Shown: piece after piece, positions 39,636 through 48,649 of the stretch
Numbering within the stretch: position 1 is the first letter of the stretch
Layout: each line of letters begins with the position of its first letter
Source: an uncultured Caldisericales bacterium
GTDB taxonomy: Bacteria; Caldisericota; Caldisericia; JAAYUI01
DNA length: 64,000 nt
Direction of reading: 5' to 3'
Assembly (NCBI GenBank): GCA_964613055.1
Contig: CAZTGD010000006.1
Coordinates: 5,340-69,339, forward strand
The notes under the pieces: model-generated
Databases searched by the model: none
Told to the model about the DNA's origin: nothing
What the model saw: the letters and a program-made list of their open reading frames with translations, nothing else
Program-made: the position numbers and the translations under genes

Positions 39636-40343
39636 ATGAAAGAACCGAGAATAACCATCTTTGCAGGTCCGGTTGGCGCTGGTAAAACAGAGATTTCAAT
39701 CAATTACGCTTTAAAGCTGAAACAGTTTGGAACAGAGGTAGCACTCATAGACTACGATGTCGTAAAACCTTACATCCGAGTCAGAGATGCCGCTGGTATT
39801 CTGTCGGAAAATGGTCTGACAGTGCTGATGCCTGATGGGAAGGTCGCCTTTGCTGATATGCCCATTGTACCTCAAAAGATTTATCAATGGATTGCTGATG
39901 ATTCCAGACATCTTGTTATGGATGTTGGTGGAGACAAGCAGGGATCAACAGCGTTGGGTCAGATAATGCCAAGGCTTTCAGAGGATGAATATGAATTCTG
40001 TCTTGTCATAAACCCATACAGACCATTCACCAATTCCATTGCCGGCATAAAGCGTTTGGCAGAAGAGGTCTCTCTAGGCGCGCGCACCAAATTTGACTCT
40101 ATCGTTGGCAATCCTCATGTAAAGGAAATGACTACAATCAAGGACTTTATGGACGGTCTCAGGCTCATCCGAGAGGCTTCAGCTGAGATGAATCTCCCAA
40201 TCAAGTTCATAGGTGTATCCGAGGGTCTGTATCCACAGGTTAAGGTGGACAGTGTCGATGAGGAGCTACTGCCCATGCAGATGTTTGTTACATATCCATG
40301 GCAGGACAGATGTGAGTGTGTCAATTGGATATACAAGGGGTAG
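39636..40343 (+). CDS. P-loop NTPase (SIMIBI/G3E-like), function unknown
   Basis: Walker A GPVGAGKT. VMDVGGD Walker-B-like segment. No clear NKxD. Begins 4 bp after the buk-like gene. Confidence 0.5.
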   Translation: MKEPRITIFAGPVGAGKTEISINYALKLKQFGTEVALIDYDVVKPYIRVRDAAGILSENGLTVLMPDGKVAFADMPIVPQKIYQWIADDSRHLVMDVGGDKQGSTALGQIMPRLSEDEYEFCLVINPYRPFTNSIAGIKRLAEEVSLGARTKFDSIVGNPHVKEMTTIKDFMDGLRLIREASAEMNLPIKFIGVSEGLYPQVKVDSVDEELLPMQMFVTYPWQDRCECVNWIYKG

Positions 40344-40387
40344 CTATCTTGTTTCTATCGATATAGATATGTATTAGGAGGTTCTGT

Positions 40388-40846
40388 ATGAATAGGGTAA
40401 TTGTGTCAATCATACTAGTGACAATTCTTGCAACACTTTTCCTATCTGTATCATGTGGGTGTAATTTGAAAGATGATGATATCAATTCCGACTTAGAAGT
40501 ATTTGCTGAGAAAAGATTGAATCATTTATTAAAAGGTTTCCGTACCGCAGGTTGGAAACTGGGTGAAGATATTACAAAAGAGATAGCAATCGATGGTATG
40601 TGTAACATGATTAACAGTTTTTGTGATATCTTTGGATCGGATTCACATAAGAGTGGGTGTTACAAGCCAATATTTGATGACTGGATACAGTATAAATTAT
40701 ATGAAATCTATATATTAGATGATCGTAGTAGCAGTGATGACATAGGTTTGGAGAGGCTTAGAAGTAGACATCCTGAATTGTATGACAGCGATAGCTGTAA
40801 TGACTGGGAAAGGCTTTTAATACATGAAAGCAAGAAAAAATACTAA
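40388..40846 (+). CDS. Small Cys-rich lipoprotein (AT-rich region)
   Basis: Signal peptide + lipobox VSCGC. Six further Cys. GGAGG SD. Confidence 0.45.
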   Translation: MNRVIVSIILVTILATLFLSVSCGCNLKDDDINSDLEVFAEKRLNHLLKGFRTAGWKLGEDITKEIAIDGMCNMINSFCDIFGSDSHKSGCYKPIFDDWIQYKLYEIYILDDRSSSDDIGLERLRSRHPELYDSDSCNDWERLLIHESKKKY

Positions 40847-41094
40847 TATTTTCAGAGACATTATCCCAGTACCTTTGCCAATACCAGAACCATACCCACC
40901 AGCACAGATTCCACCATGGACGAGACAAGTAGTTACAAGCTAAATTCTGGACATATCAGGGTGGTTTTATTTGGTTGGGTTGTTGCATAGAATACATTTT
41001 AATATTGATAAGTATTTAATCTTATTCATAGAATTCTATTATGCTTGAGAAATCAAGCTGGGAGGATATAATCACCATATGGAGGTAGCAGAAA

Positions 41095-42705
41095 ATGGAG
41101 AGAGCAAGAACAACAATAGCAGTTTTAATTGCCCTACTATTAGTATCTGTTGTATTTACATGCTGTACAATGTCTGGTGACAATGGTGTGGATACTGAAG
41201 ATGACCATGTAAGAATAGCCAAATGGGTCACCATTGACGGTGATGATTATGATCCTAATACCGATTGTTATGCTCCTTTAATTGATAATGGGGCATCAAT
41301 TCAGTACGTGTATGTTGATTCCAATGGCACAATAAATGCGATGGTGAATATTGGTCATACAGTTTTTGTAAGAAGGGTGGGTAACGATTGGGTGGACATC
41401 AAAGGCACACCGTTGGATAAAATAATGGAAAGTACAGAATATGATATACTCAAACATCAATCACCTCCCTTTTTAAATTGTCATGCCGATCAATTAAAGA
41501 TTGATAGTAATGGTTATCCCCATATTCTATCTCAGTACCTTTTGCTAAACGGTGAATCGTATTATTCTAGGGGGTATGTTAAATCTAACGGTTCAGACCT
41601 GTTATATATGAAATGGAATGGTACTGATTGGGTCAATATTTACGGAGAGAAGATATATAATAATAATATAACAATTTCAAGACTACATGTAGGCGACGGT
41701 AATGGTTATTGCGAAGTGTGTCGAATGCAACTAGACAGCGAAGATCGACCACATATATACTGGGAAAGAAAACGTGATATTGAAAAAGATACTATGGACA
41801 AATCTTATTACATTCATTGGGATGGGGACAAATGGCTTACAGCATCTGGTGCAGAATATCAAGATAATAGAAACGATTCTTTAGTGATAAGTGGTAAAAT
41901 TAATTATGGTGTGAATGTTGAGTTGTTTTTAGGAATTGATGATTCGCCACATATATTCATGGTATTGGAAAAATACTATGAAGAGGGTGAAGGCAAGGCA
42001 AAAAATATTTACTATACTGATGAATTACCTGTTTGTTATTTACACTATGAGAATGGAGCTTGGAGGGATATTGATGGCAATATATTCAAACACAGCTGTA
42101 CAAGTAACCCTATAATTTATGAAACTAGATTATTTTACGGTGATTATTGTTCATTTTACAAAAGCGATTCAGACAAACCTTTCATCCTTTGGACAGATCA
42201 AATATATCGACCGTTTAAGCTTGGATTAGTTCAGGGTTTAGATAATGATTGGGTCACGTTGAAAAGTGAATTGTGGAATAAGGATGTTGAAAATCATATT
42301 TTGGATATATACAAGGGTAAAACAAATGTTCTGTTATATGATTACTTCAAACCAATAATTCGAGAAGATAATAGAGAAAATATACATATTGCATGGTGCA
42401 AAATAACATCTGATACTAATTACGACGAATTATTATCAATTCATTATTTAAGATATAACGGCGTTGACTGGTTGGATTTTGAAGGAAGAAAGATTAACTT
42501 AGATAAAAATATTGATGGAGCAGTAATATCTGAAAAAGATGTAACATGGAATGATGATAATGGTCATCACACGTTGGATGTAAAAGATTTTCACCTTTAC
42601 ATTGATAAGGAAAACAAGCCCCATCTTATATGGTTGTTCTCTGATCTAAACAAGTGTAGATATAATAATACCCACAACTACATTAAGGGGATTCCTGTTG
42701 AGTGA
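41095..42705 (+). CDS. Secreted lipoprotein with at least six ~65-aa repeats (beta-propeller-like)
   Basis: Repeated G.DWV.I.G motif (NDWVDIKGTPL, TDWVNIYGEKI, DKWLTASGAEY, GAWRDIDGNIF, NDWVTLKSELW, VDWLDFEGRKI). Signal peptide with Cys. Confidence 0.5.
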   Translation: MERARTTIAVLIALLLVSVVFTCCTMSGDNGVDTEDDHVRIAKWVTIDGDDYDPNTDCYAPLIDNGASIQYVYVDSNGTINAMVNIGHTVFVRRVGNDWVDIKGTPLDKIMESTEYDILKHQSPPFLNCHADQLKIDSNGYPHILSQYLLLNGESYYSRGYVKSNGSDLLYMKWNGTDWVNIYGEKIYNNNITISRLHVGDGNGYCEVCRMQLDSEDRPHIYWERKRDIEKDTMDKSYYIHWDGDKWLTASGAEYQDNRNDSLVISGKINYGVNVELFLGIDDSPHIFMVLEKYYEEGEGKAKNIYYTDELPVCYLHYENGAWRDIDGNIFKHSCTSNPIIYETRLFYGDYCSFYKSDSDKPFILWTDQIYRPFKLGLVQGLDNDWVTLKSELWNKDVENHILDIYKGKTNVLLYDYFKPIIREDNRENIHIAWCKITSDTNYDELLSIHYLRYNGVDWLDFEGRKINLDKNIDGAVISEKDVTWNDDNGHHTLDVKDFHLYIDKENKPHLIWLFSDLNKCRYNNTHNYIKGIPVE

Positions 42706-42864
42706 GGATTGTGACTTCAGACTCACAGAGAAGAGTATCTTCTCCAACAAGGTACCTTTTATCTTCTTTCCCTGCTGGCCTATGTTTTCCCTAATACCAC
42801 ATATCTAAACTATCATAACCTTTGACAAACTGTATCCGGTTAGTACACTCCCCTAGAAAGGAGT

Positions 42865-43632
42865 ATGGATATGGACACGGACAATGTCATTAACCTGTAT
42901 GACGGGGAAACCTATGACGCGAGAGGTTATCACTTTGATGGGGAGCTTGATTTCTGGCAAAAGATGGCAGATAAATCAGGTAGTTACATCCTCGAACTCT
43001 GCTGTGGTTCGGGCAGGCTGGCTATCCCTCTTGCGGTAAAGGGATTCAACCTAACTGGAATAGATCTAAACGATTCAATGCTTCACAGAGCTAAGAAGAA
43101 TGCTGAGGATGCAGATGTATCGATTGACTGGATAAACGGTGACATCAGGAATTTCAATATTCCAAAAGAATTCGATATGATATTCATTGGTTTTAACTCC
43201 ATGCTTCACCTACTTGCATATGATGACGTCGATTCAATGCTATCTTGTGTTTACAACCATCTCCACGCCTTCGGGAGATTTGTGACATCCATCTTCAATC
43301 CTTCCTTTGAAATCCTGAGTAGAAATCCAAAGGACAGGTATCCACATGCGATATTCAATGACCCAAAGACAGGTGAGAGTATTACGATTGAAGAATCAGT
43401 CAATTACGATAAAACCACACAGATAAACCATGTTACCCTCTATTACCAATTTGAGGATGGAAGCGAAGAAACCAAACCTCTGGACATCCGCATACTCTAC
43501 CCCAAGGAGATCGAATACATACTAAAGCAAAACGGATTCAGGATTGAAAACAAATACGGGGGTTATGACATGAGTGAATTCGTGTCTGCATCACCCCTCG
43601 ACATCATCTCGAGTTTGAAGGAGAGTTACTAG
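42865..43632 (+). CDS. Class I SAM-dependent methyltransferase
   Basis: Motif I LELCCGSGRLAIPLA. Acidic post-I motif GIDLNDSM. Motif II DMIFIGFNS. Confidence 0.7.
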   Translation: MDMDTDNVINLYDGETYDARGYHFDGELDFWQKMADKSGSYILELCCGSGRLAIPLAVKGFNLTGIDLNDSMLHRAKKNAEDADVSIDWINGDIRNFNIPKEFDMIFIGFNSMLHLLAYDDVDSMLSCVYNHLHAFGRFVTSIFNPSFEILSRNPKDRYPHAIFNDPKTGESITIEESVNYDKTTQINHVTLYYQFEDGSEETKPLDIRILYPKEIEYILKQNGFRIENKYGGYDMSEFVSASPLDIISSLKESY

Positions 43633-43940
43633 TTCGGTCTCTTGTGCATTGTGATCCTGCTCTTCATTGCAACCTCCAGGGCTGTCCTGTATTGGTCGGT
43701 AAAATCAGCCGGACCCAACTGTCTGAGTTCCTCCAGGTGGAAGTCAGTCAGTGTCATGTACCCCTCAAGATCACAACCATATTCCTTCGCCAGACTGTCC
43801 CTCGTTTTTATCGGTAATATGACCTGATCTGTGAATCCACCGTCCCATTCTCCATTGCAGAATTTTACGATATAGGCAAGACCGTCGGACTCTGTGTCTG
43901 CAAGCTTCAGGATCTTCTCAGCAACCTCTTCTAGCGTCAT
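43629..43940 (-). CDS. Hypothetical cytoplasmic protein
   Basis: 103-aa ORF with a strong SD (AAGGAGGTTATCA-ATG) on the minus strand. Confidence 0.45.
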   Translation of the reverse strand: MTLEEVAEKILKLADTESDGLAYIVKFCNGEWDGGFTDQVILPIKTRDSLAKEYGCDLEGYMTLTDFHLEELRQLGPADFTDQYRTALEVAMKSRITMHKRPN

Positions 43941-44147
43941 TGATAACCTCCTTCTCGCTTGAGTGATATGATAGTCAAGTGTAGGTCATTTGCAAATCAT
44001 CAAAAAATAATTGAATCGGGAAACTGTGACTTACAAAAAAGTACTTAGCTCAAATGGTGATTACTTCAATTGGATTTGAACTGATTAGTATTCATTAGAC
44101 AATTTAGCTAAACACCCAAATAATTACTCATTTTTTACATTACCATC

Positions 44148-45998
44148 TCATTTCACATTAAAACGCCTGAGTGGTATCTCCCTATCCAGAACATAAAACA
44201 CACCATTACTCACACATGTAAAGGGCGAATAACAAATGTACTCGGGGGGTGCCAACGGCATGTTAAGGGGATATTGATCATGAATTGAGTAGTCTATCGA
44301 CAGCTCTCCGAAACCACACACGATAATATCATTATTTTTCATTACTCTTAAATCTGATTCTAAAAGCCACTCTTTCAAGTTGATCGAAGTTGCCGAATCA
44401 TACACTTCCATGGCAAACCCGACAAATACATCATCTATGCTAACAATTCCTTCGTCAAACCTTGCTAGCTCGAAGTCAACAAACCTACATCCGCTCATGT
44501 TATCGGATCGAACCTTATATTTTGTTGAATAATCACCAACCTGTTTTAAGAAAAACGGCGTTATAAACACCTTTGAATCGGGCATGTAAACAGCAAAACC
44601 TTCACCTTTGATATACTCAATTTTAGATTCAATTGGAACTATAAATGTCAAAGCAAGCCGATTCATCTCACCTGTGACCTTGCTTTTGAACCTAATATGA
44701 GATAGTTGAATAAGCTTGTTTGCATTGTGGTCACAGAAAACAGGGATATTCAGATGGTTATAACCGGAACCCCCGCCAACACTGGGTAATCTTGAAGGGT
44801 TATCATTGACTGATATAACCGGCACTAGTTGACAACTACATTGTGTTTTTCTGGATAGATCAATTACAACCGTCCTGTCCTGGGCACCATAGCTCCTGCC
44901 AGTGCTACCGACGGTAAATGATTGATCAAAGTAAGTCTTTCTAATAGCCCATGGATCATCTGACCACCTGGATTGAAACAGAAATTCTCTATCGATTCGT
45001 GACATCAGATCATCCATCCAACTGGGAAAAGTATAATCGAAGTAGCAGGTTGATATATCACCTACGCTACCTATCATATCTTTGGTTAATCCTCCCCTGA
45101 TGTGTCTAACCAGCTCTAAAACTGTGCCACCTGTGCCGGCTATAACATTGTAGCTTCTAGAGTTCGCCCCACATATCCAATTCTGCTTCCCAACAAAATG
45201 AATCATGGCATCTGTCAGAATAAAATCAATCCAGTTCTGTGCAACTTTTCGCATTGTTTCATCAGTTGAATATCTTTCGATTGAGTAGAGTGCTTGAAGG
45301 TCAACTGCAAGATAGGTTGGAGAGTTGAATTCTGTGATTCCATTCTCCAAAGTCCACTCGACAAAGGCATCAAAAGCTATCTTTGCAAAACCCTCCCCGA
45401 TTCCATTCCCTGAAATCTCTGATGATATTAGAAGATCAGAAACAAACATTAGATGGTAATTTGTATGAGACAGAGTCGATCTATAATCGGAAAACCATGT
45501 TAAAACAAGTCCTTTTGAACAAATTACTATTGACTCCTGCATCAATTCGATTACATCTTCTTCGAGTCTATCTCTCACATCAAACCATATCTGAAAAACT
45601 ATCAGTGGGATAAACATGTCCCATTCCAATCCTTCATCTACTGCAACGTACTCAGGGTACCGCCATGAGCCATAGTAGGGATTGTCAGTATTGCGAACCT
45701 GACTGACAAGATACTTGCGCAGGATGGAATTGCCCAGTTCATGATAATTTTCCTTGTTTGAAGATAACAGGCACAATGCAAACCTGAACTCATCCCTACA
45801 CGTTGGTATGTTACCCATCTCCCTGAATCTTAACCCTTCAATATCATACAGGTCGCGCGAGAAAACCTTCTCAATAATGAGATCAGCAACCTGTTGGACA
45901 TTAAGAAACTCTTCATCAGCCTCAACTACACAAACACAGGAAATCGTGTTAATCGATAATAAAATGACAATCAAGACAGCTATTAACTTATTAATCAT
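44148..45998 (-). CDS. Large secreted lipoprotein, possibly an (alpha/alpha)-toroid polysaccharide-active enzyme-like protein
   Basis: Signal peptide/lipobox ISCVC. 616 aa. No firm family match from sequence alone. Confidence 0.45.
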   Translation of the reverse strand: MINKLIAVLIVILLSINTISCVCVVEADEEFLNVQQVADLIIEKVFSRDLYDIEGLRFREMGNIPTCRDEFRFALCLLSSNKENYHELGNSILRKYLVSQVRNTDNPYYGSWRYPEYVAVDEGLEWDMFIPLIVFQIWFDVRDRLEEDVIELMQESIVICSKGLVLTWFSDYRSTLSHTNYHLMFVSDLLISSEISGNGIGEGFAKIAFDAFVEWTLENGITEFNSPTYLAVDLQALYSIERYSTDETMRKVAQNWIDFILTDAMIHFVGKQNWICGANSRSYNVIAGTGGTVLELVRHIRGGLTKDMIGSVGDISTCYFDYTFPSWMDDLMSRIDREFLFQSRWSDDPWAIRKTYFDQSFTVGSTGRSYGAQDRTVVIDLSRKTQCSCQLVPVISVNDNPSRLPSVGGGSGYNHLNIPVFCDHNANKLIQLSHIRFKSKVTGEMNRLALTFIVPIESKIEYIKGEGFAVYMPDSKVFITPFFLKQVGDYSTKYKVRSDNMSGCRFVDFELARFDEGIVSIDDVFVGFAMEVYDSATSINLKEWLLESDLRVMKNNDIIVCGFGELSIDYSIHDQYPLNMPLAPPEYICYSPFTCVSNGVFYVLDREIPLRRFNVK

Positions 45999-46057
45999 AT
46001 CGATTATGATACATCCCTTGGAGATAAATAACAGACAAGGTAAAACTAATTGGTCTT

Positions 46058-46090
46058 GACGTCAACCGTTTTCATGGCACAATAACCTGC
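46058..46090 (+). promoter_or_regulatory. Candidate promoter for tRNA-Tyr
   Basis: TTGACG, 17-nt spacer, TGgCACAAT extended -10-like element, ending about 6 nt before the tRNA 5' end. Confidence 0.25.
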
Positions 46091-46095
46091 CTGCT

Positions 46096-46181
46096 GGGCA
46101 GTTAGCGAAGTGGTCAAACGCGGCAGACTGTAAATCTGTTGACATACGTCTTCGGAGGTTCGAATCCTTCACTGCCCACCA
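46096..46181 (+). tRNA. tRNA-Tyr (anticodon GTA), class II with long variable arm, CCA encoded
   Basis: Acceptor stem GGGCAGT/ACTGCCC. D-loop with GG. Anticodon loop CTGTAAA (U33, GTA, A37). Variable stem GAC-ATAC-GTC. T-loop TTCGAAT. 3' ACCA. Confidence 0.85.
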
Positions 46182-46393
46182 TTACTATTCCAAATGGTTA
46201 TCTTCCAGTTGTCTTCACTATCTGAAATGAAAATATAGACATATTTTATACATTCTTCAAAATTATAACAGCTATGATCTAAGTTTTCCTGGAATCACTG
46301 ATTATTTTTCTTAACACCAGCCATGAAACTTCATGTGTCATTACTTATTCGAAGCAAGCAGTAGGCGAATCAAGAGTTTTTATACGACTGGCT

Positions 46394-47398
46394 CTATTCC
46401 TGCCCCTTCACAGTTACAGAATAGTTATGCTCATCCACATGTATTACCGTTGCGACAGTATCGTTTACCACCCAAGCGTTTTCAGGGAGGGCTTCACGTT
46501 TGGTAGGATCAGGCAGTCCACACACGATTATCTCTTTTGGATTTAGCGCATTTATAAATACTTCATTCATACTACCAACCGGAGCACCGTTTGTGGCAAT
46601 AACGACATCGGTCTGTTGTATCTTACCACGCTCAAGCATCTTCTTCTCATCTAGTGAATCTATTTGACTGGTTAACAAAAAGGATATCTCTCCCATCGAA
46701 AAACGTATAACCATCGCGCCATCATCGTCATCACCTGGATTGAGTGGATATAGCACCTCAAACGTAACACCACTAAGGTTCCAGATGGCACCAGCCTTCT
46801 GCTGTTCAGCCATCACACTGTTTTCCCTAGAGGTCCTAAATACATCTGCGATTGCACCTTGACCACTTTTATATCCGGCAAATCCTAGGAATCCAACTGG
46901 AATATCCTGTAGAATGGCTGATGCACCTTCGAATGTCCCATCAATGTTTGAAGGAATCATCAGATAATTCAAAGCGGGAACGTTGTTTTCCTTTAGATAT
47001 CTTCGAACAATTTCCCCTGACTCAATATCACCAGCCCCGTATAGAATAGCAAATTGACCTTTTGATTCAATGAGAACAGGGTTGCCCATGACGGGAATAA
47101 TATGAATATTGAATCCAGAAGTGTCTGACAAACCTGCACCGGGTATATATCTTCTATCAACAGATGAGGTCTTTTTGCCATCAACAGACATCTTGTCACC
47201 AGTCATTGATTCTATTGTTGGCGTTTCATTGATTGATTTCTCCTCTGGAGCTAAATATTCATAGGAGTTGTCACTTACCTCACCGGCAGTGCCATCGGTT
47301 GTTTCATCTTCACCACATGAAACGAGCACCGGCACGGCTATCAGAAGTGTAATTAAGAATGCAATAAATAGCTTTTTCATTGTTCCTCCGCTGATCAT
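46394..47398 (-). CDS. Lipoprotein with a degenerate metallo-beta-lactamase-like (ComEC-C-like) fold
   Basis: Lipobox LVSC. Segment FAILYGAGDIESGEI...NYLMIPSNIDGTFEGASAIL follows the spacing of the MBL HxHxDH/H motifs but lacks the His ligands. Confidence 0.4.
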   Translation of the reverse strand: MISGGTMKKLFIAFLITLLIAVPVLVSCGEDETTDGTAGEVSDNSYEYLAPEEKSINETPTIESMTGDKMSVDGKKTSSVDRRYIPGAGLSDTSGFNIHIIPVMGNPVLIESKGQFAILYGAGDIESGEIVRRYLKENNVPALNYLMIPSNIDGTFEGASAILQDIPVGFLGFAGYKSGQGAIADVFRTSRENSVMAEQQKAGAIWNLSGVTFEVLYPLNPGDDDDGAMVIRFSMGEISFLLTSQIDSLDEKKMLERGKIQQTDVVIATNGAPVGSMNEVFINALNPKEIIVCGLPDPTKREALPENAWVVNDTVATVIHVDEHNYSVTVKGQE

Positions 47399-47406
47399 AC
47401 CATCGA

Positions 47407-48582
47407 CTAGGACAGAAGTTTCTCAGCTAATTTAATGGATAACCAGGATGTGTCTTCCCAGGTCAACTCTGGTATCTCTCTACCGAAATGCCCGTAGTTC
47501 GTTGTAAAGGAGTAGATGGGTCTCATCAAATCCAGATGCTCAATTATTCCCTGCGGTTTCAAATCGATTAGTTCCTTGATTGCTCCTTCTATTCTACTGC
47601 TATTTACATCACCCGTTCCAAACGTTCTAACGGCAAAGTGTGTGGGTTCTGCCCTACCAATTACATAAGATATTTCGATCTGACACGCTTTCGCCAATCC
47701 TGCTCTTACAACGTTTTTTGCCAAATATCGAGTCATATAAGCGGCTGATCGGTCTACTTTCGATGGATCTTTCCCTGAGAAAGCACCACCACCATGGGGA
47801 CATGCACCACCATATGTGTCAACGATAATCTTTCTACCCGTTACGCCTGCATCTGATACTGGACCTCCAATGACAAACTTCCCAGTTTGATTTATGTAGA
47901 AGTTGACATCATCGTCTAGTAGATCGGCTGGGATTACTTTATCAATGACCTCTTGTCGCAGTTTCAGTTTTGCATCCTCCCGCATCTGGGATGGATCATT
48001 CGGATCGAGAACATCCTCTTTGTGTTGAGCGCTGAGTACAACTGTTTTTATTTTCTTGGGTGTCCCATTTTCATACTCAACGACAACCTGGCTCTTACCA
48101 TCAGGTCCCAGCCATGGGATTGTACCATCCTTACGGACATCGGTGAGTCTCTTGGTCAATTTATGAGCATAGTGTATGGGCATGGGCATTAATTCTGGTG
48201 TTTCGTTGACTGCAAACCCGAACATCATACCCTGATCGCCAGCTCCACCCTTGTCTACTCCCTGAGCAATGTCAGGCGATTGCTTGCCAATGGCATTGAG
48301 TATGCCAACCGTATCTGATGTGAACTTGAGCCAGGATTTGTTGTATCCGATTTCATTGATCCGCCGTCTGACGAGATTGTGCAGATCAACATAAGAGGTT
48401 GTTGTTATCTCTCCCCCCACAATCACCAAACCCAGCCCCGTGAATGTTTCACAGGCGACTCTCGCTCCCTCGTCATGAGTAAGAATCTCATCTAGCACTG
48501 CATCTGAGATGGAGTCACACACCTTATCGGGATGACCTTCGGTGACAGACTCAGACGCAACAAAACGTTTCTCTCTATGCAT
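47407..48582 (-). CDS. metK: S-adenosylmethionine synthetase
   Basis: GHPDKVCDSISDAVLDE and GGGAFSGKDPSKVDRS signatures. Confidence 0.9.
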   Translation of the reverse strand: MHREKRFVASESVTEGHPDKVCDSISDAVLDEILTHDEGARVACETFTGLGLVIVGGEITTTSYVDLHNLVRRRINEIGYNKSWLKFTSDTVGILNAIGKQSPDIAQGVDKGGAGDQGMMFGFAVNETPELMPMPIHYAHKLTKRLTDVRKDGTIPWLGPDGKSQVVVEYENGTPKKIKTVVLSAQHKEDVLDPNDPSQMREDAKLKLRQEVIDKVIPADLLDDDVNFYINQTGKFVIGGPVSDAGVTGRKIIVDTYGGACPHGGGAFSGKDPSKVDRSAAYMTRYLAKNVVRAGLAKACQIEISYVIGRAEPTHFAVRTFGTGDVNSSRIEGAIKELIDLKPQGIIEHLDLMRPIYSFTTNYGHFGREIPELTWEDTSWLSIKLAEKLLS

Positions 48583-48649
48583 CCATCAGCCTCCTGCTAA
48601 TCTAGTAAATTTAGTCAATTGAGAATAAATGTCAATTATATTCACACTC

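Noticed and set aside
46096-47400. Integrated element at tRNA-Tyr
   Set aside because: No integrase, direct repeat of the tRNA 3' end, or phage-like genes downstream. The flanking genes are metK and housekeeping-type loci.
48583-48649. Looked for a SAM riboswitch upstream of metK, a purine riboswitch upstream of purA, and T-box leaders upstream of argS/aspS
   Set aside because: The intergenic spaces are too short (67 bp for metK, 75 bp for purA), or lack the conserved T-box/antiterminator motifs.
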